Shown in pieces: positions 32,038 to 45,873 of a DNA stretch of 64,000 nt. The translations under genes and the position numbers were made by a program. The stretch's first letter is position 1, and each line of letters starts with the position of its first letter. Source of the DNA: Chrysomallon squamiferum. Its lineage: Eukaryota > Animalia > Mollusca. Below the pieces are notes generated by a model that saw only the letters and a program-made list of their open reading frames with translations, was not told the origin of the DNA and made no database searches. The stretch is taken from positions 19,344,001 to 19,408,000 of the forward strand of contig CM022673.1 in assembly GCA_012295275.1 (NCBI GenBank), written 5' to 3'.

Positions 32038-32861
32038 CAACAACAAAAATTTAAGTAGTAGTAGCAGATGTACTGATAAAATCGATACGTCCGGTTACTG
32101 GAGATTGTTTATACTTAATGAGAATGATTAGCGAAGCGCCCTTGTGATTGAGACAGAAACATTTTAAACGCTTAGCGTGAAGATCATTCTACATTACAAA
32201 TATATTCCGGAGAATTTCGATTAATAATTCATTTTAAGGTTTGTGTGAACTTGTAGCGATCTTTTTCACTATCCGTCAAACATTACCGATTATAAATAAT
32301 GTTACAGGTACCTCTCTTACTACGTCTCCGAGCACAGGAACAGGTTCAACATCAACTGTTTCTAGTCCTACAACATCAGGTAACTAAATTGCTGTTCGGA
32401 CAGAGGTAAAATGTTCATATTAGAAGAACCAGAACATTGTAAAATGTTGTATTTAGCTATTCAGCATTCTACGAAGTACAGTGAAATTAACAAGGAAGAA
32501 ACTAAAATTGTACGACATCTGCGTACGGAACCCACCGCATGATTTACTCGTTTCCTTACTGAAGTTATCAAAATATTGTACTTGCGAATTGTAGTCTTGC
32601 TTTCGTCCCTCTCGTCTAAAGTCTTGGAGGAAACAGAATTATTAAATTTTATCTTTGAAATTACTTCCAGGTACATCACCAACGACAGGAACAGGCCCCA
32701 CACCATCTGTTTCTAGCACAGCCACACCAGGTAACCTATTTATAAATATCTTCTTTCGAAGAGTAACGACATACAGACTGATGATCGATTTCTGTTAACT
32801 ATGTTAGCAGCCGTCTTGAAATTAGCGTTTGTGTAGTTTTAGGCACACTTAAGTAGGAACG

Positions 32862-32931
<70 letters not shown>

Positions 32932-33755
32932 CAACAACAAAAATTGAAGTAGTAGTAGCAGATGTACTGATAAAATCGATACGTCCGGTTACTGGAGATT
33001 GTTTATACTTAATGAGAATGATTAGCGAAGCGCCCTTGTGATTGAGACAGAAACATTTTAAACGCTTAGCGTGAAGATCATTCTACATTACAAATATATT
33101 CCGGAGAATTTCGATTAATAATTCATTTTAAGGTTTGTGTGAACTTGTAGCGATCTTTTTCACTATCCGTCAAACATTACCGATTATAAATAATGTTACA
33201 GGTACCTCTCTTACTACGTCTCCGAGCACAGGAACAGGTTCAACATCAACTGTTTCTAGTCCTACAACATCAGGTAACTAAATTGCTGTTCGGACAGAGG
33301 TAAAATGTTCATATTAGAAGAACCAGAACATTGTAAAATGTTGTATTTAGCTATTCAGCATTCTACGAAGTACAGTGAAATTAACAAGGAAGAAACTAAA
33401 ATTGTACGACATCTGCGTACGGAACCCACCGCATGATTTACTCGTTTCCTTACTGAAGTTATCAAAATATTGTACTTGCGAATTGTAGTCTTGCTTTCGT
33501 CCCTCTCGTCTAAAGTCTTGGAGGAAACAGAATTATTAAATTTTATCTTTGAAATTACTTCCAGGTACATCACCAACGACAGGAACAGGCCCCACACCAT
33601 CTGTTTCTAGCACAGCCACACCAGGTAACCTATTTATAAATATCTTCTTTCGAAGAGTAACGACATACAGACTGATGATCGATTTCTGTTAACTATGTTA
33701 GCAGCCGTCTTGAAATTAGCGTTTGTGTAGTTTTAGGCACACTTAAGTAGGAAGG

Positions 33756-33837
<82 letters not shown>

Positions 33838-34661
33838 CAACAACAAAAATTTAAGTAGTAGTAGCAGATGTACTGATAAAATCGATACGTCCGGTTACTG
33901 GAGATTGTTTATACTTAATGAGAATGATTAGCGAAGCGCCCTTGTGATTGAGACAGAAACATTTTAAACGCTTAGCGTGAAGATCATTCTACATTACAAA
34001 TATATTCCGGAGAATTTCGATTAATAATTCATTTTAAGGTTTGTGTGAACTTGTAGCGATCTTTTTCACTATCCGTCAAACATTACCGATTATAAATAAT
34101 GTTACAGGTACCTCTCTTACTACGTCTCCGAGCACAGGAACAGGTTCAACATCAACTGTTTCTAGTCCTACAACATCAGGTAACTAAATTGCTGTTCGGA
34201 CAGAGGTAAAATGTTCATATTAGAAGAACCAGAACATTGTAAAATGTTGTATTTAGCTATTCAGCATTCTACGAAGTACAGTGAAATTAACAAGGAAGAA
34301 ACTAAAATTGTACGACATCTGCGTACGGAACCCACCGCATGATTTACTCGTTTCCTTACTGAAGTTATCAAAATATTGTACTTGCGAATTGTAGTCTTGC
34401 TTTCGTCCCTCTCGTCTAAAGTCTTGGAGGAAACAGAATTATTAAATTTTATCTTTGAAATTACTTCCAGGTACATCACCAACGACAGGAACAGGCCCCA
34501 CACCATCTGTTTCTAGCACAGCCACACCAGGTAACCTATTTATAAATATCTTCTTTCGAAGAGTAACGACATACAGACTGATGATCGATTTCTGTTAACT
34601 ATGTTAGCAGCCGTCTTGAAATTAGCGTTTGTGTAGTTTTAGGCACACTTAAGTAGGAACG

Positions 34662-34725
<64 letters not shown>

Positions 34726-35549
34726 CAACAACAAAAATTTAAGTAGTAGTAGCAGATGTACTGATAAAATCGATACGTCCGGTTACTGGAGATTGTTTAT
34801 ACTTAATGAGAATGATTAGCGAAGCGCCCTTGTGATTGAGACAGAAACATTTTAAACGCTTAGCGTGAAGATCATTCTACATTACAAATATATTCCGGAG
34901 AATTTCGATTAATAATTCATTTTAAGGTTTGTGTGAACTTGTAGCGATCTTTTTCACTATCCGTCAAACATTACCGATTATAAATAATGTTACAGGTACC
35001 TCTCTTACTACGTCTCCGAGCACAGGAACAGGTTCAACATCAACTGTTTCTAGTCCTACAACATCAGGTAACTAAATTGCTGTTCGGACAGAGGTAAAAT
35101 GTTCATATTAGAAGAACCAGAACATTGTAAAATGTTGTATTTAGCTATTCAGCATTCTACGAAGTACAGTGAAATTAACAAGGAAGAAACTAAAATTGTA
35201 CGACATCTGCGTACGGAACCCACCGCATGATTTACTCGTTTCCTTACTGAAGTTATCAAAATATTGTACTTGCGAATTGTAGTCTTGCTTTCGTCCCTCT
35301 CGTCTAAAGTCTTGGAGGAAACAGAATTATTAAATTTTATCTTTGAAATTACTTCCAGGTACATCACCAACGACAGGAACAGGCCCCACACCATCTGTTT
35401 CTAGCACAGCCACACCAGGTAACCTATTTATAAATATCTTCTTTCGAAGAGTAACGACATACAGACTGATGATCGATTTCTGTTAACTATGTTAGCAGCC
35501 GTCTTGAAATTAGCGTTTGTGTAGTTTTAGGCACACTTAAGTAGGAACG

Positions 35550-35631
<82 letters not shown>

Positions 35632-36455
35632 CAACAACAAAAATTGAAGTAGTAGTAGCAGATGTACTGATAAAATCGATACGTCCGGTTACTGGAGATT
35701 GTTTATACTTAATGAGAATGATTAGCGAAGCGCCCTTGTGATTGAGACAGAAACATTTTAAACGCTTAGCGTGAAGATCATTCTACATTACAAATATATT
35801 CCGGAGAATTTCGATTAATAATTCATTTTATGGTTTGTGTGAACTTGTAGCGATCTTTTTCACTATCCGTCAAACATTACCGATTATAAATAATGTTACA
35901 GGTACCTCTCTTACTACGTCTCCGAGCACAGGAACAGGTTCAACATCAACTGTTTCTAGTCCTACAACATCAGGTAACTAAATTGCTGTTCGGACAGAGG
36001 TAAAATGTTCATATTAGAAGAACCAGAACATTGTAAAATGTTGTATTTAGCTATTCAGCATTCTACGAAGTACAGTGAAATTAACAAGGAAGAAACTAAA
36101 ATTGTACGACATCTGCGTACGGAACCCACCGCATGATTTACTCGTTTCCTTACTGAAGTTATCAAAATATTGTACTTGCGAATTGTAGTCTTGCTTTCGT
36201 CCCTCTCGTCTAAAGTCTTGGAGGAAACAGAATTATTAAATTTTATCTTTGAAATTACTTCCAGGTACATCACCAACGACAGGAACAGGCCCCACACCAT
36301 CTGTTTCTAGCACAGCCACACCAGGTAACCTATTTATAAATATCTTCTTTCGAAGAGTAACGACATACAGACTGATGATCGATTTCTGTTAACTATGTTA
36401 GCAGCCGTCTTGAAATTAGCGTTTGTGTAGTTTTAGGCACACTTAAGTAGGAACG

Positions 36456-36531
<76 letters not shown>

Positions 36532-37358
36532 CAACAACAACAAAAATTGAAGTAGTAGTAGCAGATGTACTGATAAAATCGATACGTCCGGTTACTGGAG
36601 ATTGTTTATACTTAATGAGAATGATTAGCGAAGCGCCCTTGTGATTGAGACAGAAACATTTTAAACGCTTAGCGTGAAGATCATTCTACATTACAAATAT
36701 ATTCCGGAGAATTTCGATTAATAATTCATTTTAAGGTTTGTGTGAACTTGTAGCGATCTTTTTCACTATCCGTCAAACATTACCGATTATAAATAATGTT
36801 ACAGGTACCTCTCTTACTACGTCTCCGAGCACAGGAACAGGTTCAACATCAACTGTTTCTAGTCCTACAACATCAGGTAACTAAATTGCTGTTCGGACAG
36901 AGGTAAAATGTTCATATTAGAAGAACCAGAACATTGTAAAATGTTGTATTTAGCTATTCAGCATTCTACGAAGTACAGTGAAATTAACAAGGAAGAAACT
37001 AAAATTGTACGACATCTGCGTACGGAACCCACCGCATGATTTACTCGTTTCCTTACTGAAGTTATCAAAATATTGTACTTGCGAATTGTAGTCTTGCTTT
37101 CGTCCCTCTCGTCTAAAGTCTTGGAGGAAACAGAATTATTAAATTTTATCTTTGAAATTACTTCCAGGTACATCACCAACGACAGGAACAGGCCCCACAC
37201 CATCTGTTTCTAGCACAGCCACACCAGGTAACCTATTTATAAATATCTTCTTTCGAAGAGTAACGACATACAGACTGATGATCGATTTCTGTTAACTATG
37301 TTAGCAGCCGTCTTGAAATTAGCGTTTGTGTAGTTTTAGGCACACTTAAGTAGGAACG

Positions 37359-37435
<77 letters not shown>

Positions 37436-38256
37436 CAACAAAAATTTAAGTAGTAGTAGCAGATGTACTGATAAAATCGATACGTCCGGTTACTGGAGAT
37501 TGTTTATACTTAATGAGAATGATTAGCGAAGCGCCCTTGTGATTGAGACAGAAACATTTTAAACGCTTAGCGTGAAGATCATTCTACATTACAAATATAT
37601 TCCGGAGAATTTCGATTAATAATTCATTTTAAGGTTTGTGTGAACTTGTAGCGATCTTTTTCACTATCCGTCAAACATTACCGATTATAAATAATGTTAC
37701 AGGTACCTCTCTTACTACGTCTCCGAGCACAGGAACAGGTTCAACATCAACTGTTTCTAGTCCTACAACATCAGGTAACTAAATTGCTGTTCGGACAGAG
37801 GTAAAATGTTCATATTAGAAGAACCAGAACATTGTAAAATGTTGTATTTAGCTATTCAGCATTCTACGAAGTACAGTGAAATTAACAAGGAAGAAACTAA
37901 AATTGTACGACATCTGCGTACGGAACCCACCGCATGATTTACTCGTTTCCTTACTGAAGTTATCAAAATATTGTACTTGCGAATTGTAGTCTTGCTTTCG
38001 TCCCTCTCGTCTAAAGTCTTGGAGGAAACAGAATTATTAAATTTTATCTTTGAAATTACTTCCAGGTACATCACCAACGACAGGAACAGGCCCCACACCA
38101 TCTGTTTCTAGCACAGCCACACCAGGTAACCTATTTATAAATATCTTCTTTCGAAGAGTAACGACATACAGACTGATGATCGATTTCTGTTAACTATGTT
38201 AGCAGCCGTCTTGAAATTAGCGTTTGTGTAGTTTTAGGCACACTTAAGTAGGAACG

Positions 38257-38332
<76 letters not shown>

Positions 38333-39159
38333 CAACAACAAGAAAAATTGAAGTAGTAGTAGCAGATGTACTGATAAAATCGATACGTCCGGTTACTGGA
38401 GATTGTTTATACTTAATGAGAATGATTAGCGAAGCGCCCTTGTGATTGAGACAGAAACATTTTAAACGCTTAGCGTGAAGATCATTCTACATTACAAATA
38501 TATTCCGGAGAATTTCGATTAATAATTCATTTTAAGGTTTGTGTGAACTTGTAGCGATCTTTTTCACTATCCGTCAAACATTACCGATTATAAATAATGT
38601 TACAGGTACCTCTCTTACTACGTCTCCGAGCACAGGAACAGGTTCAACATCAACTGTTTCTAGTCCTACAACATCAGGTAACTAAATTGCTGTTCGGACA
38701 GAGGTAAAATGTTCATATTAGAAGAACCAGAACATTGTAAAATGTTGTATTTAGCTATTCAGCATTCTACGAAGTACAGTGAAATTAACAAGGAAGAAAC
38801 TAAAATTGTACGACATCTGCGTACGGAACCCACCGCATGATTTACTCGTTTCCTTACTGAAGTTATCAAAATATTGTACTTGCGAATTGTAGTCTTGCTT
38901 TCGTCCCTCTCGTCTAAAGTCTTGGAGGAAACAGAATTATTAAATTTTATCTTTGAAATTACTTCCAGGTACATCACCAACGACAGGAACAGGCCCCACA
39001 CCATCTGTTTCTAGCACAGCCACACCAGGTAACCTATATATAAATATCTTCTTTCGAAGAGTAACGACATACAGACTGATGATCGATTTCTGTTAACTAT
39101 GTTAGCAGCCGTCTTGAAATTAGCGTTTGTGTAGTTTTAGGCACACTTAAGTAGGAACG

Positions 39160-39214
<55 letters not shown>

Positions 39215-42200
39215 CAACAACAAAAATTTAAGTAGTAGTAGCAGATGTACTGATAAAATCGATACGTCCGGTTACTGGAGATTGTTTATACTTAATGAGA
39301 ATGATTAGCGAAGCGCCCTTGTGATTGAGACAGAAACATTTTAAACGCTTAGCGTGAAGATCATTCTACATTACAAATATATTCCGGAGAATTTCGATTA
39401 ATAATTCATTTTAAGGTTTGTGTGAACTTGTAGCGATCTTTTTCACTATCCGTCAAACATTACCGATTATAAATAATGTTACAGGTACCTCTCTTACTAC
39501 GTCTCCGAGCACAGGAACAGGTTCAACATCAACTGTTTCTAGTCCTACAACATCAGGTAACTAAATTGCTGTTCGGACAGAGGTAAAATATTCATATTAG
39601 AAGAACCAGAACATTGTAAAATGTTGTATTTAGCTATTCAGCATTCTACGAAGTACAGTGAAATTAACAAGGAAGAAACTAAAATTGTACGACATCTGCG
39701 TACTGAACCCACCGCATGATTTACTCGTTTCCTTACTGAAGTTATCAAAATATTGTACTTGCGAATTGTAGTCTTGCTTTCGTCCCTCTCGTCTAAAGTC
39801 TTGGAGGAAACAGAATTATTAAATTTTATCTTTGAAATTACTTCCAGGTACATCACCAACGACAGGAACAGGCCCCACACCATCTGTTTCTAGCACAGCC
39901 ACACCAGGTAACCTCTTTATAAATATCTTCTTTCGAAGAGTAACGACATACAGACCGATGATTCATTTGTGGAAACCATGTGTCGCAGCGGTCGTGAAAT
40001 TAGCGTTTGTGTAGTTTTAGGCACACATAAGTATGAAGGCTAATAATAATAATAATAATAATAATAATAAGAATAAGAATAAGAATAAGAATAAGAATAA
40101 GAATAAGAATAATAATAATAATAATAATAACAATAACAATAATTGACGTAGTAGTAGGAGATGTAGTGATAAAATCGATACGTCCCTTTACTGAAGATGG
40201 TTTATATTTAATGAGAATGATTATGGTAACTACCTTCTGATTGAGACAGAAACATTTTATAGGCTAAGCGTGAAGAACATTCTACGTTACAATTATATTT
40301 TGGAGAATTTCGAGTAATAATTGATTTTACGTTTTCTATGAACTTGCAGCGTTTGTGTAGTTTTAGGCACACATATGTATGAAGGATAATAATAATAATA
40401 ATAGTACTTGTAGTAGATATAGTGGTAACACTGGTGTAACTGATACATCTTGTTGGAGAATATCGTTGTTATTTTCGAATGTGTTTGATTATGTCAGCGC
40501 CTTTCTGATTCAGAGCGAAGTGTTTTATAGATACAGCTTAAAACTTATTCTTCACTGCAAATTGAGTATCGAATTTTGTTTAACAGTTTTTAGCAGTTTG
40601 TTGTGAACTTGTGCCTGTTGTTCTCACTATCTGTTATGTTTTCAAATGTTTTTTTTACTGAGTTCCTTTTAATATGGTTTTGCAGAACTGTAACTGGTTC
40701 ATCATCAACTGTTTCTAGTCCTACTACGTGAGATAAATAAGTTGCTTTTTATGCGGTATTAAGGCGTTAGTTTCAGGAGAACTTGAGATAAATAATATTT
40801 TTTGTAGACGTATTCTGGATTTTATGAAGCTCAGTCAAAGTTAACTCAGAAAATATAAAATATAAATTAAAATCCCACCTTTGGAAATATAAAATATAAA
40901 TTAAAATCCCAGCTTTGGAAATAGTTATCCGTGAAAGCAAATCGAAATGGCTTTTTCCTTTTATTTTTGTATCTTGTCTTTTTCATTCTAGATTATATGT
41001 TGTCGGTTTTAAATAATGTTTCAGGTACCTTTGTTACTACAGCTCTGAGCACTGGAACATATTCATCATGAATTTCCGCTAAATAAATTACCATTCAGAA
41101 AGTGTTTGCCTTTATGAAACATAGCAAAATTTAGTAGATTGTATTTTAAATATTTTGTCTGTTCTGAGTTAGGTTGTCATTTCTTCACTCTGTCTGTTGC
41201 TAGTATTGAAACGCAGAGCTTTGTTTCTCAGAGAACATTTTCTTTGCTGCAAGCAGTATGATGTCTGTTTCCATTAATTCGTTTTTGAGATAAATTTGTT
41301 AATGTTGTTTTTGTCGTTGTCATCATCATCATCATCTTGACACTCTATAATAGAAATCATTGGTGTTACAATGTTTTCTTACAATATACTGGATGGCATT
41401 TATTTATTTTTTTTTTTTACAGTAAAAGTTTGCAAGGATGATATGCAACCTGTCGAAAAACTGGAGTTTAATCCGAAACGCACTATTTCCTTTGGAGACG
41501 ACAACGTAGCAAGTTTTACAATCAAAGCTACTAGTGACGCAGAGTGGAACGAAATACGTATTGACGTGCCAAATCGAATAAAACGTATTCAGATTAAATT
41601 TGGGAATCAAGAAGTAAGAGTGGGAATCATATAGTGTTTTTTTATTTATATATTTTTTAAAGTTAGCTCTTATGAGGAAACGTTCTTATTATGAGGACAT
41701 TTCATGTTAGTAAACGAAACAAAAATATGTGGCAACATAATACTGCTGGATATTGTTACTTGATTAAAATGCTAGAAAATATAGATTATTCTGCAAATGA
41801 GTCAGGAAATTTCAGATAGCTGGACAATACGATACTATCTAAAAAAAATATATAAGTATGTCGTTAAATTCAAAATGTCATTAACTTCCGAAGTATCCCA
41901 AATGTTTAAATATGTTCGATAAATAACAGAAAATTTACAGAGATTTTTCTTCTTGCAATAAGTGATATGATGGTACATTCAGCAATAGTTGCAACACAGA
42001 AATAAACATTGATAGAAATATCACATTGACCCTCAATTAATTTTCCTTTTCCTTCTCAAGTTTGAAGCAAACATCCAAAATGGTAAGGCTATTTGGACCA
42101 GCCAAAGAGAAATAACGAGTCAGTCTGCTACAGTAACAGTTACACGGGAACCTGATGGACCATCGTCGTTTAATTTGGCCAGTGTGAAAGTTGTTGCTTG

Positions 42201-42689
42201 TCGAAAGGGTAAGAAATTAATCCTAGTGAATAGCGAGTGAAATTGTGATTATTTACCTCCATATGTAAGTATGTGTTTTGTACAAAAACAAAACCTTAAA
42301 TTAATCATTAAGCTACTTTCTTAATACTATATCATAGCTATGTTATCACCACTTTTATCATTTCCATTATATTACGACAATAATTTAAGTAAAAATTAGT
42401 TCTTAGTGTTCAGCAGTTATATATAAATAGGCAAAAAAGCAATATGTAAATCTTCAGGGAGTTCGTCGTTCTCTAATTATATAGTATTTATTATTATTAT
42501 TATTTAATTTGTTCTGTCTATACCTCTTCGCGTGTGATGTATTTATGTATTTATTCATGCGTCTTCTGACCTACACATAATTAATATTCCATTATAAGGT
42601 AACTACGAAACAAAATAGTTTAACATGATGTAGGCAGTTCCAGGACTATTGTGCGCTGTAATTGTAATCATAATAATAATAAATGCAAT

Positions 42690-42777
<88 letters not shown>

Positions 42778-43245
42778 TTATAACAAAAAACATAAAATGC
42801 CTATTGTTATTTTCATCCATTTTAACACAGTTATTTGTAGATATAGAAGTGGTTCCTCACTGAATCGTATATATTTGTTTATTAAAGTCGAATGACAATA
42901 TACATAACAATAACGCTTGTGTGAAAAACATTGTGAAATAGTTGAGAGAGGTTGAATAAAATCTATAGAAATCATTTACAAAATCATTTAGAAAAATATG
43001 TAAATACATTTATAATTAATTAGGAAAATCCAGTTATATTATTATATGTACAACAGAACGTATATCCTATTATTAGAAAACCATGTCTTAATTTAAAAAC
43101 ATGCTAAATACATAAAAATTATTTAACAAACCTAGTTTAATAAAGGGATATATATATAAAAAAAATAATCTTTATTATTAAAATATGATACATAAACTCA
43201 ATATTAATGTAACGAAATCAATAAAAATATTAAATTTATATCCGG

Positions 43246-43285
<40 letters not shown>

Positions 43286-43486
43286 ACACTTAATGCATTT
43301 AGGTTCGTGTTTCAGTATTATTATGTAAATTCCAAATACAATTAAATTTAACTCTCTTCTTTTTGTTTTTAATTTCAGAGGAAGAGATAACAACAACAGG
43401 TTTGTTGATTTTTGATTTAGTTATCTTTACGATAAAACAAATGATGACATCAAGTTCCTAAGAATATTGCGAACAACTTTCAACTG

Positions 43487-43518
<32 letters not shown>

Positions 43519-45797
43519 TATATTTTTGATTTTCAGAAAACTGTGGTATTTCTGTATAACATTTCTATATGTCATGTTACTTTGGTGAAAATCTGGTAAA
43601 CCAAAAGTATTAATTTTTAAAAATATTTTCATTGGCAAATGATATTTAAGACTCCATCTGACTTCCATATTATATATGCTATAAAATATATATATATTAT
43701 ATTTACACATTACAAATCATAATAAATCTTTATTCGTAAAAAATGCCTTAATTTAAACAGAAAATAAATTAAACTCCGTTACTGCATGAAAAAATAGGAA
43801 AGAACAGGCAGAATAATACATAGGTATACACAACCGAACCGCAAGTCCAAACCATTCCCGTACGAAACCAGTCGGTAACACATATATTATAATATTATAA
43901 TGTGGTGTTGTTACCATTTTGTACAAAAGTCTATAATTGTCTCTTCTTCTGTTTCATCCTGTTCAGATCAGTTTTATATATAGAACAGACAAATTGTAAA
44001 ATTAGCACTCGACATGAATGCGCTCATTCAGAACACAAACTGTTAGATCCTGATCGATTTTATATGTCACATAGGAATGTTGCCATAATTATCTAATTCA
44101 AATCAATAGCCAGTATAAATGATTTATAATGTAATTACTTAAATAGAATTGTAATTTGTTATTTTTTATTTTTTTTATTGTTTATCCAGAAACAACAGGT
44201 GGCGGAGGAGAGACATCAGCTCAGACATCAACAACTATTACATCTAAGACATCAACAACCATTACATCTAAGACATCAACAACCATTACACCTAAGTCTA
44301 CAACAAGTAAGCATTTACTTTTAACAGACAGTGGAATTTAATTTTCCTCTACTCTAGCAAAGAAGATGACCTATCCGTTTTGTTTTGTTTTGTGAATGCA
44401 TTGAACTTATATTCAATGAGAGTTTGTCGCAAGCAAAAATATCCAGAAGTAACAAACATTATTTAGGATAACCGTTATGTAACGACGATTTAACAAATAT
44501 AAAATATATTTAAACTATTTCTTTCATTCATTTATTTTGCACTTTGTATTAGAAAGGTATTTTCAAACCATGACCCTTTCAAAAAGTACACTGTATATCC
44601 GTAACTTTACACAACCCACAAAACGTTGACAATATAAAAAAAAAAAAAATAAAAATAAATCAACTGTTTCAATTATTTTTTGTCCATAAAATATTGGGTA
44701 ATATAATTTTCATTTCGTGAGAGTGTATTCTACGTGTGTCCTAAACTGTAATTTTAAATACACAGATAAATATACACATATCTGTATTATCATTACCTTT
44801 TCTTTTCTTTTTATTTATTTATTTATTACCTTAGATCATATTTTAGTTCAAACAATTCGCCAATACATTTTTTTTTGAATAAATCACACAATTTAGTTAA
44901 TTTATTACCGGGTAATATTTATATTGCGGTATCGACGAAGACATCTGCGATATCAGCTACCAAACAAATAAGCACTGTTGGAATAACAAGTAATATGTTA
45001 AAAAAATATATACTGCATTAGCAGAAGTATCTACGGATTATATTTCCAAAGTAAATCCGTTTTGTTAATCCGAGACTTTAGCAGGGTTTTGATGATATTA
45101 ATTCACAAATAACTTATATTCCATTTACTTACAGTAAATTGATTTTCTTTATTATTTTCCATTTTTGCTTTGAAATTCGATTTTTTTACCTTCATGAGGA
45201 GATATTCATGGGAACTGTCCAAAGGGGGGACTCTTGATAGTAGAGTAATACAAGCATAATTACCTTAATAGGTAAATATAATTTTCCCCTGACTTCACCA
45301 TACTCCTTGTATCAAAATTACTATTGTTTCTGCAGCTACAGTTACTACTATTAATTTTACTACTACTAATACTGCTGCTTCTGCTACTGCTGCTACAACT
45401 ATAAATAATCATACAAATCAAAACATTTAGCTATTAATAGTGTATTTGCATAATCTTAACGTTAACGAGTAACTAAATATTCCATGTATTATTTTATAGA
45501 ACTATCATGTACTGATGATATGAGTCCAGTAGCTATGGAGAAATTAAAATCGGCCTTACCAAAGAACGTTGAATTTGGAAAAACAAACGAACAGATTGTT
45601 ATTGCAGAATTAACCAGTGTTGAACGAATAGTTTTGTTTGAACTTGAATTATCATTCGGGAAACCAGTGACAGCTGCACTGTCTGATGGGACAAATTATG
45701 TGAGTATAATCACAGGCAGTTCGGGTATGTAAAATACTTTTATATCTTCACCCGTGTAAAGTAAAATTATTTAATCCAACTATGCAGTGACAGAATA

Positions 45798-45873
<76 letters not shown>

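Larger units (their letters stand above)
22080..40030 (+). repeat. Tandem array B: ~0.9 kb unit, 20 copies, each with 72-nt and 60-nt PTS exons and an (AAT)n(AAC)m tract
   Basis: An antisense 81-aa marker ORF recurs 20 times (22582 to 39638; periods 879-911). Encodes 20 x 44 = 880 aa of uninterrupted PTS. Last exon at 39848-39907. Confidence 0.97.

Noticed and set aside
22582-39883. Twenty copies of an 81-aa minus-strand ORF (MVWGLFLSLVMYLEV...)
   Set aside because: Begins at a non-ATG codon antisense to the 60-nt PTS exon and runs through intron. It is conserved only because the whole unit is duplicated; the + strand splice model explains the sequence.
22080-40030. CRISPR-like or pure satellite interpretation of the regular arrays
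   Set aside because: Units are 0.9-3.3 kb with no unique spacers and no cas genes; they contain spliceosomal exons and the context is eukaryotic.
42651-42863. ORF with an ERERER run
   Set aside because: Translation of the (GA)n microsatellite.
45336-45430. Possible extra Thr/Ala-rich exon after tttctgcag (TVTTINFTTTNTAASATAATT...)
   Set aside because: No donor before the in-frame TAG; looks like a decayed (CTA/CTG)n microsatellite.
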